The notes under the pieces were generated by a model. The model saw only the letters and a list, made by a program, of their open reading frames with translations, ran no database searches and was not told where the DNA came from. 64,000 nt of DNA from a virus: the IMG/VR virus record IMGVR_UViG_3300002056_000074; one strand, given 5' to 3'. Below, piece by piece: positions 20,401 to 30,897 of this stretch; positions within the stretch are counted from its first letter, which is position 1, and every line of letters starts with the position of its first letter. The position numbers and the translations under genes are program-made.

Positions 20401-21811
20401 AAATTATCTTAGTATCATTAACGAAGTGGATATTAATACCCGTCTGATCCCAAGACACATAAGAATCCGGGCCATACTCTTCGTTTAATTTCAATTCATG
20501 TAATCCGTGTGGATTATTGGCAGTGTGTCTTCCGGGGCGCTGTTGTGAAGTATGATCTGCTATCATTCTTGCAGAATGTGGTTCATATGAATTATTAACA
20601 AATCCAATAAATCGCTTATTCCTAAAAAAATAATTAGAGTCACCAACATCACCCGTTTTAGAAATTTCAACTCTCCAAAATTCTGACCAATCTGGATTGG
20701 TCCAATTTGACCCATCGACTGAAATCGAGCCTTGTCCACTCGCTAGATAATCAACATCAAGTCCCCATTCAATAGCATCTTTACTGTGATTTTGAATCGG
20801 TTGGATAGGCTTAAATGCAAAATCATTATCAACAAAATCAGTCATTAGTTGAGCTGAGGCATATGTTTCGGGCGCACCATCGGTTCGAGATATATTATTA
20901 TTATTAAAAAATGTAGTAACGTAATCAGATCCATATGATACACCTCTAATTATATTACCAATTAGATCATTCTTCTCTAACACAATATTAAATTCAGATT
21001 TGAAGTGGCCCACTTTATTTGTCAGTGGCTCGGTAGTCCCAGTACCGAAAAGACTATTTGTTTTAGATGAATTGTTGCCAATTACAATTTTAGACAAGTC
21101 ATTATCTGGGGTGTTGATTGGTGATTTAGTGTGGAATGGTTGAGCGTATGAAGGGAATGCACTAAATCTATCTGAATCTATACGATTTGCTATATAAGAA
21201 TTTTTAAAGAAATCATCTCCAATAAAAACATTATCTGAGTTAACGACCTGATCAAAAAATTGAATACGGTAAGTTATATCAAGAACTTCCCCCGGTTCCT
21301 GTATACATGGGGTGTTTAATGAAATTGCAGTTGCTATAAAGTTAATATTGTTATCTAAGTTAGTTGGTAAGCCATTATATGGGGTGGTGTAAATGCTATT
21401 AATGGTTTTAGTTTCTGTGGGTGCTGAAAATCGATAAGTAGTTTCAAGGTAAGGTGGATTTCCATCAAAATATTCCCATGTACTGACTCTTTGGTCAGGT
21501 AGAATTAAATCATAATTATCAGGATATGGTGCGGTATTCGATGGATATGTTATGTGTGAACCACCAAACCCCAAGACTTTATTACCGGGGGCAATTTGTC
21601 GCTGAGAGGCATGTATTTTTCCGGGGACTGCTCTACTAGTTGATGAGTCTATCCATTGGGTGGTATTAATATCAGGTCGAAAAATATCATTAACTTCCAT
21701 ATATGCCAAAATAACATTGTTTTCTTCGTAAGATCGCTTAAGTTCTCCTGTCTCAGCATCAGATATTTGTAATAAGACACGACCTTTCATATTATGTTGC
21801 ATATCAACCAA
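17471..21811 (-). CDS. Large virion/adhesion protein with beta-propeller-like and LamG/ConA-like regions
   Basis: 1446 aa; ITQIAVMDNGDIWM / YAVAPGTGDSLW blade-like motifs; LKVYLDGVQIG...FRGFMENIQFWNVA LamG-like motif; start may be ATG 21802. Confidence 0.7.
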   Translation of the reverse strand: MVDMQHNMKGRVLLQISDAETGELKRSYEENNVILAYMEVNDIFRPDINTTQWIDSSTSRAVPGKIHASQRQIAPGNKVLGFGGSHITYPSNTAPYPDNYDLILPDQRVSTWEYFDGNPPYLETTYRFSAPTETKTINSIYTTPYNGLPTNLDNNINFIATAISLNTPCIQEPGEVLDITYRIQFFDQVVNSDNVFIGDDFFKNSYIANRIDSDRFSAFPSYAQPFHTKSPINTPDNDLSKIVIGNNSSKTNSLFGTGTTEPLTNKVGHFKSEFNIVLEKNDLIGNIIRGVSYGSDYVTTFFNNNNISRTDGAPETYASAQLMTDFVDNDFAFKPIQPIQNHSKDAIEWGLDVDYLASGQGSISVDGSNWTNPDWSEFWRVEISKTGDVGDSNYFFRNKRFIGFVNNSYEPHSARMIADHTSQQRPGRHTANNPHGLHELKLNEEYGPDSYVSWDQTGINIHFVNDTKIISYGNESTPTIPATNITQIAVMDNGDIWMSCRNTGLYRLTDPTNKASATVTKMTEVDNSLFSASGNRCYAVAPGTGDSLWAVFEGALSYTTNPYDTVPVFVNYEPLSTTAFDYTGLTDGNWNLVKYMRVDRNTPDQEMAIMYNDNNTEQIVWWSLAGVSYEGPQSSNYVNSTYDWQDGNQWGSVDVSQRGNLWGRHGPNFDDELQKLQWSSDVAVDVGFRSAGGFAKMSFMYDYYDTPYFFSETTYYVAGTSTSNKVGHSMISSTKRVHYTPHPRITSQTLGLVWQDPRASGMFQSGSNSYSTVGYKSGSDPKSLHAMGQGADDALEYLDSLDGQHSPVQEVIWDKFHWNGTAWEKNYFVDAVDSTGNYSAKRHNFDTESHFFTGRSMIDVTDVFTTGNFGTSANATFAFNLQPEQKEDSTQNGGTYHFLRVKKQEADTTLLEISDKQNRLQIRWRNRSSDELLILENDTSHVIANTPVNITSGFYRLVVTVSGTLLKVYLDGVQIGSSVTLQNSYDWSNTSSDLYAFVSSRVYDWSDMWKHSLNQGEHFRGFMENIQFWNVAWDDTDIANDFADITGVITSKPATNLLAHYELTESLEGLETRPTHITSEEMDEGIEISFSNGANPTAFVATDYYTFGVVDGILKDNSLSMSRRSSIYHKPVDYQFSEFTNTQGMATIPGSVTDQITEKALFTNGDGSIIRDTYSATTGPSFSEYNVMDWFPGKVYYNRSNAVQSNWDRFSGGAKISQYITADGYIEGKAIATDNHVLFGFTDVPNENFYFNTTITGSAGQQTMRFAIELLPNGNVSIRESGNVVAVDIASYTLTDTFKVARVGTVITYHIIDSSGNDTVIYTSAVASTGTIHGAAVMPYAGTGMIDVVVNYTSYDNTMRVGNEVTLTGWYNNNWYRLEGDDVAAQSIQIDGVDATVTMIDYDLLINTPNPAPLEVIIDSRTGYMFFHSDDIGKVVTGRVTVIYDQ

Positions 21812-21836
21812 CTCTCTTGTATATGTTTAGTATTTA

Positions 21837-22871
21837 TCATCCACCAACAACAGTACCCGTCAAAGTCGTTACATCATAATCAGAAATAATAATATTTACA
21901 GAATCTGTTGTGATATTAGATCCCGTAAATACATCAACCTCAGTTGGTTTTTCGGTTATAAAAAATACATCAACATCATAATCAGAAATAGTAATAGTAC
22001 TATTGTCAGAAGTTGGTGGTGTGGCATCGCGCGCATCGAGGGGAATATTATGAGATATGACCACTAATTTATCAACATCATAATCACTTATATTAATGAT
22101 ATTACCATTCACATTTGATGTATATAATTTAGCTTCGGATAATTCTATAATTTGATTGTTTAAAAATCCTCCAGACGCCCAAATAATATTAGATAGGTGT
22201 TGACCAACATATGAATTATCAAATCTAACAATTGCAGAAATTTGATAAGATCTTCCTAGTGTCACCGAACCGAAAAAATAATCGGTTGGTAATAAAGAGG
22301 CGATATCATTCCATACTCCAGTTGAATTATCCCTCTCCCTTACAATATAACCTAATATTTCATGTTCAATATCTAAAAACTCCCATGTTAATGTTGCCTC
22401 TTCTGCACTATACGATTTACATATAGCAGCATCAGAATTTTCTTCAATTGGGTAATTTGTAATTAAACGTAATGTAAAATCATCATCTCTAAATATTTCA
22501 GAAGCATGAATATTAATTAAATTATTATGTGATGATTGTGTATGTTTAATGATATCTACTGGAGATCCATACACGACTACATCATCAAATTTTTCAAATC
22601 CAGTTCCTCTGTTTATAAAAAACCTAAACGTCTTATCATCAAAGATAGTTTGACTATAAGAAACTGATAGTTCATTTAGTGGAGTAGTGAATGTTACTGG
22701 TGAACCACTTATCTGTTGCCACTCGAACGTATTACCTTGAATATCACCAATTATTTCTGCGGTTAATGTGAAATCTAAATCACAGACGGCCACACCATCC
22801 TTTCCAGCACTAAAAAATTGAATAATGCCTGCCGGTACAGCATTTTGACTGAATATAACCTGAAACGGCAT
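21837..22871 (-). CDS. Virion protein with PKD/FN3-like beta-sandwich domains
   Basis: FSAGKD...TFEWQQISG (PKD-like); LTWE..ILGYIV..YQISAI (FN3-like); three ISDYDV repeats. Confidence 0.65.
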   Translation of the reverse strand: MPFQVIFSQNAVPAGIIQFFSAGKDGVAVCDLDFTLTAEIIGDIQGNTFEWQQISGSPVTFTTPLNELSVSYSQTIFDDKTFRFFINRGTGFEKFDDVVVYGSPVDIIKHTQSSHNNLINIHASEIFRDDDFTLRLITNYPIEENSDAAICKSYSAEEATLTWEFLDIEHEILGYIVRERDNSTGVWNDIASLLPTDYFFGSVTLGRSYQISAIVRFDNSYVGQHLSNIIWASGGFLNNQIIELSEAKLYTSNVNGNIINISDYDVDKLVVISHNIPLDARDATPPTSDNSTITISDYDVDVFFITEKPTEVDVFTGSNITTDSVNIIISDYDVTTLTGTVVGG

Positions 22872-25582
22872 TATGGTGTTCCGGTGTTAGCGATGCCCAC
22901 AATAACTAATGCCAAATCAGAAATAGATGAATCTATATCTTGTGGTGATATCAAATCAATATAATCACCCGCACTTAAGATGAAATTTTCAGCACCAGTA
23001 TCACCATTAACAAATAGACCACCGTTGATGGTGGGTGCAAAAGTAATAGAAATGGCCGATAACACACCATTAACTGCAATCTGAAAACTAACAGAATTTG
23101 ATGGTGGATTAATTACCCTAGCATATAATTCAGAATTGGGTGGGATTTGGACAGCGCGGGGAACAATTATTCGAGTCATTATTCGACCACTTTCAATAGC
23201 AACTGGTCCTGATGCGAAAAATGATAAATCATAATTAATTCTATGTTCATGATTTTGAACGGTTCCATCGTTTAGAGCTGCCTCTACCCACTCTGTACCA
23301 ATACCATATTTTATTTTATTATCATCTAATGTTAGTACACTTGTTCCCTGAGATGTTAACACATTTGGTAACTCAGTTTCTGTTGCATAATAAGGTTGTC
23401 TGAGTGCCTTAACATCCAATAATTCCGCAAGACTGCTTCGCACATTCAAAGAATTTAATTGCGATCCCACCGTAGTATTTGCGGGTGTTCCATGTAAAGT
23501 GGTTGTTATTGGTGCGGGGTCAATAACAACATCTATTGCCTTATGTGTATGCCCCAACTGCGAATATGTAGTATCGTGATTATGTGTAATATCTGCAAAT
23601 AATGTGGCAGCATCAACACCACGATATGTAGCGGCATCGACTGTACCACCATTAGCAAAACTTACAGTAGAGATGATGTTGCCATTTTGTTTTATAGTCA
23701 CATCATCTACAGATAATCCATTTTGTGAACCGCCTGTTTGTCGCCAGATACCATCACCTTCATTATACACATACTGATTGAATGCGGCTGATGAAAATGC
23801 ATTACAGACGTATATAGCATTAGTATCAACAGGTGTTTCATAACTATCTACTGTTCCATTGGGTGCATAATTTACAATCTCTCGCTCCCTTCCAGTGAAG
23901 CTACCAGATGCCGGTGTGTCACTAGTTCCCGCGATAACAAACCGCATTTCTGGAAATGATATAGCGTCTAATTGTCCACCAAGAATCCAACCACTATCAT
24001 CAGACCATCTAACAACATCATTTGCGACAAACCCTACCCAATCACCCGAACCAGCACCAGATAATATATAAGCATCACCATTATTGGGACTTGTTGGTGG
24101 ATCATTTACAGCATCAGATATCAAATTGGCCAGACATACTGGATCTATCCACATTAACCCACTTGTTCTATTATCTACGTATCTTTTTGTTACAGCTTCC
24201 AATGGATTTACAGGGTCAGTTGATAGTGTTACTGCGTTATTAAATAATGCATTACCCGTAACATCAATTCCATTGGACTGAATGGTTAGCTTGTCAGCTA
24301 CATTCACTACGCCATCAATATCTAAATTTCCAGTTACTGTCCCACCAGAAGAGTTTAATTTACTAACTTCTAAATCCGAAATGGCATCCTGTACGGTTGG
24401 TGAAATCAAACTTCCGGTGGGAGTAAATGCGATATCTACAGCATCATGACCATGTATCTGACTAGCAAATGGACCACCTTGCAATCTAGGATCATTGTTG
24501 GATACTACTATAGGTCTGTTTGCCAATGCTGGTGGAGTTGATAATAAAACTGCGCCTAATGAATCTGTTGCAGCAGTTGGTAAATTCTCAATAGAGCCGG
24601 TTGGTCCCCTTGGTCCAACACCACCTAAACCTTGATCAAAAATAATACTATTTCTACTTAATACCTTTGCTACTGGCACTTGTGAAATAGGATATGTTGC
24701 AGGCATTGATAAATGTGGATCTACGGTAGTCAATTCACCATTCAATACCCATAATCTAGTTCCAGCTCCATGTGCAGAAAAATCCCATTCTGGGTTAGTG
24801 ACAGTTCCTTGTAAAATTAAATTGCCTATCTCACCAAATAAAATATCTTCACCCAATACCGCAATTACACTATCCTGTGTTTGGTTGTATTGGGCTGTAT
24901 CGATTGTTCCATCAGTTTTGACTGCAACAATTTGAAATTTCGCAAGTGATGTACCTGATGCCTTGGCTCGAATAACACTAGATTCTAATCGGACACCAAT
25001 AACCTGAGATTGATTGTTGAAAAATTGATCTTCTGTAGTTATAAATGAGCCATCATCTCGAACGATAGGAGAGCCAAATTCAGTATATAAAATACTACCT
25101 GTTAGGACGCTACTAGTATCACCCATTTGAGTTCCAGTAAATAATGGAAAATCTTTACTGACACTTGAAAAGATAGTTCCACTTAACTTAGCAACAAAGA
25201 CTCGATGAACTCGCCTAAAGGCCACTCCAATGAATTCTTTCTGTTGATTCCTGTTGGTATCATACCAAGTCTGACCCACTTCTGGATTACTTGGGCGGGA
25301 GTTAGCAATTATTGGCGCATATTCCGATACACCAAAACTCCGCTCAAATGTTAATGGATCAAAGTCCATATAAAGATAATAATCCGTGCCTGATAAAAAT
25401 GGTCCTACCCATGCATCAACTACGGTATTGTCTTCGGTGTGAGTATAGTTGTACTTACCATCTGCGATAGATACGGTGAATGATCTATTATTAGCTAATA
25501 GATTTACGTTTCCGCCCGGATTCAATTGCAGAAAGGTTCCTGCCTGCTTTGATACAATACCATGTCTGAACGAAATACGCAT
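22871..25582 (-). CDS. Virion structural/fibre protein (RISFRxGI family)
   Basis: Paralogous to 15860..17395; GPRGPTG, AVTKRYVD, HxH motifs, PPTSPNNGDAYI segment. Confidence 0.75.
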   Translation of the reverse strand: MRISFRHGIVSKQAGTFLQLNPGGNVNLLANNRSFTVSIADGKYNYTHTEDNTVVDAWVGPFLSGTDYYLYMDFDPLTFERSFGVSEYAPIIANSRPSNPEVGQTWYDTNRNQQKEFIGVAFRRVHRVFVAKLSGTIFSSVSKDFPLFTGTQMGDTSSVLTGSILYTEFGSPIVRDDGSFITTEDQFFNNQSQVIGVRLESSVIRAKASGTSLAKFQIVAVKTDGTIDTAQYNQTQDSVIAVLGEDILFGEIGNLILQGTVTNPEWDFSAHGAGTRLWVLNGELTTVDPHLSMPATYPISQVPVAKVLSRNSIIFDQGLGGVGPRGPTGSIENLPTAATDSLGAVLLSTPPALANRPIVVSNNDPRLQGGPFASQIHGHDAVDIAFTPTGSLISPTVQDAISDLEVSKLNSSGGTVTGNLDIDGVVNVADKLTIQSNGIDVTGNALFNNAVTLSTDPVNPLEAVTKRYVDNRTSGLMWIDPVCLANLISDAVNDPPTSPNNGDAYILSGAGSGDWVGFVANDVVRWSDDSGWILGGQLDAISFPEMRFVIAGTSDTPASGSFTGREREIVNYAPNGTVDSYETPVDTNAIYVCNAFSSAAFNQYVYNEGDGIWRQTGGSQNGLSVDDVTIKQNGNIISTVSFANGGTVDAATYRGVDAATLFADITHNHDTTYSQLGHTHKAIDVVIDPAPITTTLHGTPANTTVGSQLNSLNVRSSLAELLDVKALRQPYYATETELPNVLTSQGTSVLTLDDNKIKYGIGTEWVEAALNDGTVQNHEHRINYDLSFFASGPVAIESGRIMTRIIVPRAVQIPPNSELYARVINPPSNSVSFQIAVNGVLSAISITFAPTINGGLFVNGDTGAENFILSAGDYIDLISPQDIDSSISDLALVIVGIANTGTP

Positions 25583-25631
25583 TATAATCTTTCCTCTACC
25601 AATCTAAGTATTTAGTGGGAAAGTTAAATAT

Positions 25632-26573
25632 TTACTCGTTGAAACTAATCTTGGCTTGTTCAAAAATATTCAATATGGCTTCGGAGAAAACAAATGTTTC
25701 TGTGATACCATCAAAATTTGGCAAATCAGTTGGTTCTGATTGATTATATACATTCTTAATTTGAGATAATATATCTGCTTCAACTACATACCGGAATTTG
25801 GATGAAACCTGAAAAAAATTAATTAGTTTAATATCAAATATATCTTTGGTATTTTTATTAATTCTTTGTATTGGGTCTTGCCTAATAGTCAATCCGACTT
25901 TCAAATATTTTTTCTGAGTCAACTTCTCTCGAAATTCCATAATATAAATATTGGAATATTCTGGTATGTCACGGATACATTCTGGGCACCCTTGCCCCTG
26001 TTTATGAACATAGGGGACTTTGAAAAAACTACCATGTTGTTTACACAATATCTTTACTTTTGTGTGAGAGTCTACGTATTCGACTTCAGAATAATTATAC
26101 TTGTTATTATGTATTATAGTAGATTCTTCAATAAATTGTTTCGTATCTAATTTTTTATTACCACCACATTTAAGACAGCCATGTCCTGCTAAGTGATCCT
26201 CTGCTCGCTGTGAGAAAGTTGAATGTATGGGGCATATAATATCAACCATAGATTTTCCATTCAAATAAACAGACTCAGAATAATCATATTTATTTTTATG
26301 GATATCTGAAGATCTCATAATAAAATCCTCTTGGGTTAATTTTTTTCTATTGCTACACAGAGCGCAACCATATCCACCATTTATGTGGTTTGTGGGGGAT
26401 TGCCAAAAAGATCCATGTACCGGGCAAATAATCTCAATTTTTCTACTGGCTGCAATATACTTGGATTTTTCGTATGAAAATTTATTATTATGTACTAATT
26501 TTGCATTATGAATAAATTTTCTGGTTTTTTCTTTTATTGAATCTACTCTACCTATTCGTAACTTTTTGGTCAT
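25632..26573 (-). CDS. Free-standing endonuclease: 3 Zn modules + GIY-YIG-like (T5orf172/MUG113-type) domain
   Basis: CPxH..F.Q....H..G.GCxxC x3; IYIMEF...YLKVGLT...RI...E...GITETF. Confidence 0.75.
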   Translation of the reverse strand: MTKKLRIGRVDSIKEKTRKFIHNAKLVHNNKFSYEKSKYIAASRKIEIICPVHGSFWQSPTNHINGGYGCALCSNRKKLTQEDFIMRSSDIHKNKYDYSESVYLNGKSMVDIICPIHSTFSQRAEDHLAGHGCLKCGGNKKLDTKQFIEESTIIHNNKYNYSEVEYVDSHTKVKILCKQHGSFFKVPYVHKQGQGCPECIRDIPEYSNIYIMEFREKLTQKKYLKVGLTIRQDPIQRINKNTKDIFDIKLINFFQVSSKFRYVVEADILSQIKNVYNQSEPTDLPNFDGITETFVFSEAILNIFEQAKISFNE

Positions 26574-27563
26574 TTACTCACTAAAAGTAGTTTCTCTATA
26601 AAGTTCCATTATACCAGATAAATGCCATACAGTATTAGATATATTATGCGCAGTCATACGAGCATAATAATTAGGCCACACACGACTCGTTTCATCAGAA
26701 GATAGTGAGATATACGAACTACAATCACCATAACATGATATTTTATTAATAAATCGTTGGACAGGTTTATCATTAGTAGACATTTTATATAATCCAGTGC
26801 CAGTGAAGTTGGGTTTCAAATCACCAGCAGCATCTAAGTCCCAATCACCATCCTTTTGGTGAGATCTAGTTATTAGAGACACTTTATTAGGATCAGCAAA
26901 TCCATGAGTTCCGGTTCCGGGGCCGGTTGGTGAATATTTTATAAAATCTCCATCCAAAATCAAATCTAAATAAGCGGCTTGCTGCAGTGGGACACCGGAT
27001 GCCATAATTGTTGCTGACATATAATCACCAATCCCACCTCCCGTAAATTTAATATAAGCCTCGTGCATCCAACATTTACCAAAAATAGGATTAAATTTTA
27101 CATCTACATGGGTTTCGAGGACATCAATCTCAGTATGTAGTTGAAGTAATGGTCCATTACCACAACCATTAATGGGATCTGACATATCATCACCAGCGCC
27201 TGTCCATATAGCATAAGTTTCGACGCCATCTACTTGTGGTTTATATGATGTATGAACCGCTAATTTCTTGCCGTCGATTGGAGATTTTGAAAAAGTATCG
27301 GCGATATTAACAGTGATTGAATTACCATTATCATCCAATAATTCCTGCCCACCATCATCAATAATATCCTTCTCGGCCTGTGTCATTTCAATTACTTTCG
27401 AATTAACGTCATCCCATTTCCAATATAATCTTGGTTCGTCGGCAACATCATCAATGTTTGGGTTGTGTGCCCATTCAGACTCTGGATATTCCGAAAGATC
27501 AACATTAATAAGAAATTCATATTTTCCGAATTCATTTGGTGTTTTTTTAATTACATTTGTCAT
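26574..27563 (-). CDS. Hypothetical (likely virion) protein
   Basis: 329-aa ORF in the structural cluster. Confidence 0.7.
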   Translation of the reverse strand: MTNVIKKTPNEFGKYEFLINVDLSEYPESEWAHNPNIDDVADEPRLYWKWDDVNSKVIEMTQAEKDIIDDGGQELLDDNGNSITVNIADTFSKSPIDGKKLAVHTSYKPQVDGVETYAIWTGAGDDMSDPINGCGNGPLLQLHTEIDVLETHVDVKFNPIFGKCWMHEAYIKFTGGGIGDYMSATIMASGVPLQQAAYLDLILDGDFIKYSPTGPGTGTHGFADPNKVSLITRSHQKDGDWDLDAAGDLKPNFTGTGLYKMSTNDKPVQRFINKISCYGDCSSYISLSSDETSRVWPNYYARMTAHNISNTVWHLSGIMELYRETTFSE

Positions 27564-27577
27564 TGTTCGTTATCCTG

Positions 27578-28339
27578 TTAAGATGTTAGAAAACTAAATC
27601 TTATATTTGCATAAAAATATCGTGTTGCAGTCATAGTTCCTAGAGGTCTAAGATATAACCTCAATTCTGAGTCAAATTCAACATGGTGGTCAATATCAAT
27701 CTTGCGCCTCATTTTATCGTTAGATGCTCCAGTAAGGGGTATCCCAGATGAATTATTCTTGAAAAAATCTCTATAAATAACTTCATTAATCATTTCAGCA
27801 TCATTATCAATACCTGTCTCCCAGCGTGTTATGGGATTGGGAGTTGATTTAACAAGCACCATTTCAACGTCAGTAACAGTTACGTGATTCATTCTACCCA
27901 CTATAATAAAATCTCTCACTATATCTCCAGCCTTTAGGAATGTTCCTTGATGCTCCCATTCAATCAATGGATTTTCTTGGGTTCCACAATTCTCTACCCA
28001 TTGATAATATGTGTCGGTGTATAAATCATCATTCGGCGTTACCCATCGCTTATCAGTGTAGCAATACATTCGTCCACCCATACTACGCACATATAAATCA
28101 GAACTATCTGATTGGTATAGTGGATCGGGGACTACATAACTTGTTAATATAGCATCAAGAGCTACATTTTCAGTTGTGGTGAGTGGTCCTGCTCCTGCAA
28201 ATGTTAATGATAATAAATCTGTTCCATCTGTAATTTGAATACTTTCAAGTGATGCTGTTATATCCGTTGACTCCGATATTAATCGCTCTAAATATGCAGG
28301 ATCAGGAATAGTGGCTGTTTTAATTATGGTAAAAGACAT
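27578..28339 (-). CDS. Hypothetical (likely virion) protein
   Basis: 253-aa ORF in the structural cluster. Confidence 0.7.
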   Translation of the reverse strand: MSFTIIKTATIPDPAYLERLISESTDITASLESIQITDGTDLLSLTFAGAGPLTTTENVALDAILTSYVVPDPLYQSDSSDLYVRSMGGRMYCYTDKRWVTPNDDLYTDTYYQWVENCGTQENPLIEWEHQGTFLKAGDIVRDFIIVGRMNHVTVTDVEMVLVKSTPNPITRWETGIDNDAEMINEVIYRDFFKNNSSGIPLTGASNDKMRRKIDIDHHVEFDSELRLYLRPLGTMTATRYFYANIRFSFLTS

Positions 28340-28340
28340 A

Positions 28341-30797
28341 TTATATTACCGATTGAATGTTTAGACGACAGGAATTTGCAAGTGTTGTTAGTGTTCCACC
28401 TCCGTTATATCGCCGGGATTGAATTCTGAGTTGTTGGCCTGTTGTAACGACTAAAAGAAATTTTGCATGGGCAGTATCTGCACCGGGTGCTGATTGTCTG
28501 TGGTATCCCCACGCCTTTGATCCCGTAACCTCAACATTATTGAGTGTTGCGCGTGTTTCAGACCCACATCGACTTGAACCAGCTAAAACAGTAATTGATA
28601 CATCGTATTCAATTTCATATGTACCGGCTCTGGTAAATGTAACAACTCCATTAGATTCTATGTAACCCACATCCTGTCTTACTTGCGTATTAAAATTTAT
28701 CGTAGTGAATGTTGTGATGAATGTTTGTGTTGTTCCACCATTATGGTAATAAGCACGGCGAGGAATTAAGCTCTCATTATTTATTCTATAATCAGCGGCA
28801 GTACCGATAACATTCATTACGCCTGCTTGGAGTGTAGTAACTTCCGTGCCATTCTCTTTCCAAGAAAATCCATTGGTTGCAGAGGCAACTGCACCAGCGC
28901 CACCAAATTCATTAGAAAATTGTGGGTTTGCTTCTGTACCATTACCAATAACATTAAAATCTATATAAGGTGAATCATCATCCTCATCAACCAATTTTAT
29001 ACTGGGTGTATTACCATCATAATCATAAGTTATCCAACCATTTATTCCCGGCGTACTACGGTTGAAATAGGTACGCATTCCTTCTGCAACCCCAGTAGTG
29101 ACAACTTCAACATACAGTGCTGCGTTAGTATCAGCTGCTACAACTTGTGTATCACCCCCAACAGTTAATTGGTTGGTTGCTGGGGTTCCACGTATATGAA
29201 TACGACGGTTTAATTCATCACGTAAGAAGTCTGCGGAGCCATCAAAATCACCATCAGTATTGAATTGGATGCTGTTCAATGGTGCGGATGGAGTTCCGCC
29301 GCCGGGATCACCCTTGTCACCTTTAACCCCATCTAATTTAACGATAGCCATTGTCGCGTTAGTATAGGCTGTTAAAGTATCACCAGTACGTCTCAACTGT
29401 AGTGTTACAAAATCACCTGCTGATAAAGTTACGAAAAATTGATTAGATAAATGATCATCTACAGCTGGGCCACCGGCACCACTCAAAGAGGAATCTGATA
29501 CAGCTGCTGTCCGGGCATTTGAACCATTTAATACAGTTGAATCATTTACTCGAATTCGACCAAATGCCTGAGCTGTTGAATTTGGTGTTGGGCTGTTGAT
29601 ACTGACGTTATATGTTATTAAATATATTCCATCAGCTTTTACTTCTATTCTGTCAGCAGTTGCGCTATTATGTTCTAGGGTAGTGGCATCTGTTTCTTCA
29701 TCTGGTGTAGCATTCCAAGTAATATCCGCATATGTTGTAGTCAATGTATATGCTGATGTTCTCCTAACTTGAACAACTGCTAATGGAGATCCTTCCGCTC
29801 CAGCGACTATATCTCCATATTGGAGAACTCCATTGTCATCAACATACAATGCTTTAGACGTAGATCCATCATCTCTGGTATTTGGATACTCAGGAAATTC
29901 AATATCACCATTATCTTTAAGAGAAATGTCATATCTCGTAACACCACCCGTAGCTGCTAAATTTAAGTTACCATCTTGAAAAAATATAGTAGCCGAGTTT
30001 GTTGATCCATTTGGTCCACCCGTATCAGTATTATTAAATCCAATTCTAGGTGAACCTGACCCAAAAGCATTATTTGATGTCAATATGATACCATCGTTAT
30101 TGAATATTGTTGTTTCTTCGCCTCTAGTAGCAACTGATAATTGATTTGGTCCTTTACTAAAAAATCCAGTATCAGAATCTCTAAAGTAAATAGTTGGTTC
30201 TAATGCTGTACCTTGTGGAACATCTATAGGTGTTAAAAATTGCGTTGAGTCTTCAACCATTCTAGCAACTTGTGTACCATTCACTTGATAAGTTATTATT
30301 GGAAAATCTATGGCAATATTATTATCAACTTTGATATTAGTTGTACCATCAGCGTCAATTATTTCCCAAGCATTGTGACCACCTACAATATTGGAAATAT
30401 CTATTGATGATTCAATTTCAGATGCTAAATCTTCTGGGGTTTGTCGTGTGAATGTGGCCCCGTCAAACTTCAGAAACGTGCCGGGTGAAGATAGATCCAC
30501 ATCAATGGCGTCTGCAATTCTGGCACCGATTGGCATCCTAAAATGGGGTTCATTATGTGATTTAACTAGATTAATAGCATCTGTAGTAGATAAGTTAGTT
30601 GTTATATCTATTGGATCTTTAACAACAATATTGCCACTACTAATAAGTTGATTTAAATCACCGTCAACACTACCACTAACAGTAACGTCGGCGGCATTAC
30701 CTTCGGTTGCTAGATCGATACTTTGATTGGGTGAAAGGGATAAACCAAGATCGTTTATATCTACCTCTACACCTGAAACATTTTCGATTATTAACAT
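28341..30797 (-). CDS. Fibre protein with two BclA-C/C1q-like domains
   Basis: DGIYLITYNVSI...LSAGDFVTLQ and AGTYEIEYDVSI...TTGQQLRIQ; GVKGDKGDPG collagen stub; N-terminus shared with 30898..33345. Confidence 0.7.
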   Translation of the reverse strand: MLIIENVSGVEVDINDLGLSLSPNQSIDLATEGNAADVTVSGSVDGDLNQLISSGNIVVKDPIDITTNLSTTDAINLVKSHNEPHFRMPIGARIADAIDVDLSSPGTFLKFDGATFTRQTPEDLASEIESSIDISNIVGGHNAWEIIDADGTTNIKVDNNIAIDFPIITYQVNGTQVARMVEDSTQFLTPIDVPQGTALEPTIYFRDSDTGFFSKGPNQLSVATRGEETTIFNNDGIILTSNNAFGSGSPRIGFNNTDTGGPNGSTNSATIFFQDGNLNLAATGGVTRYDISLKDNGDIEFPEYPNTRDDGSTSKALYVDDNGVLQYGDIVAGAEGSPLAVVQVRRTSAYTLTTTYADITWNATPDEETDATTLEHNSATADRIEVKADGIYLITYNVSINSPTPNSTAQAFGRIRVNDSTVLNGSNARTAAVSDSSLSGAGGPAVDDHLSNQFFVTLSAGDFVTLQLRRTGDTLTAYTNATMAIVKLDGVKGDKGDPGGGTPSAPLNSIQFNTDGDFDGSADFLRDELNRRIHIRGTPATNQLTVGGDTQVVAADTNAALYVEVVTTGVAEGMRTYFNRSTPGINGWITYDYDGNTPSIKLVDEDDDSPYIDFNVIGNGTEANPQFSNEFGGAGAVASATNGFSWKENGTEVTTLQAGVMNVIGTAADYRINNESLIPRRAYYHNGGTTQTFITTFTTINFNTQVRQDVGYIESNGVVTFTRAGTYEIEYDVSITVLAGSSRCGSETRATLNNVEVTGSKAWGYHRQSAPGADTAHAKFLLVVTTGQQLRIQSRRYNGGGTLTTLANSCRLNIQSVI

Positions 30798-30897
30798 ATT
30801 TTTTCAAACTCACAATGTATAATCATATTTAGTCTGAAGTATTGTTATTCCTTAAGTTAACTGAATTTATTACAGTATCGAAAGCGTAATGGTGTGT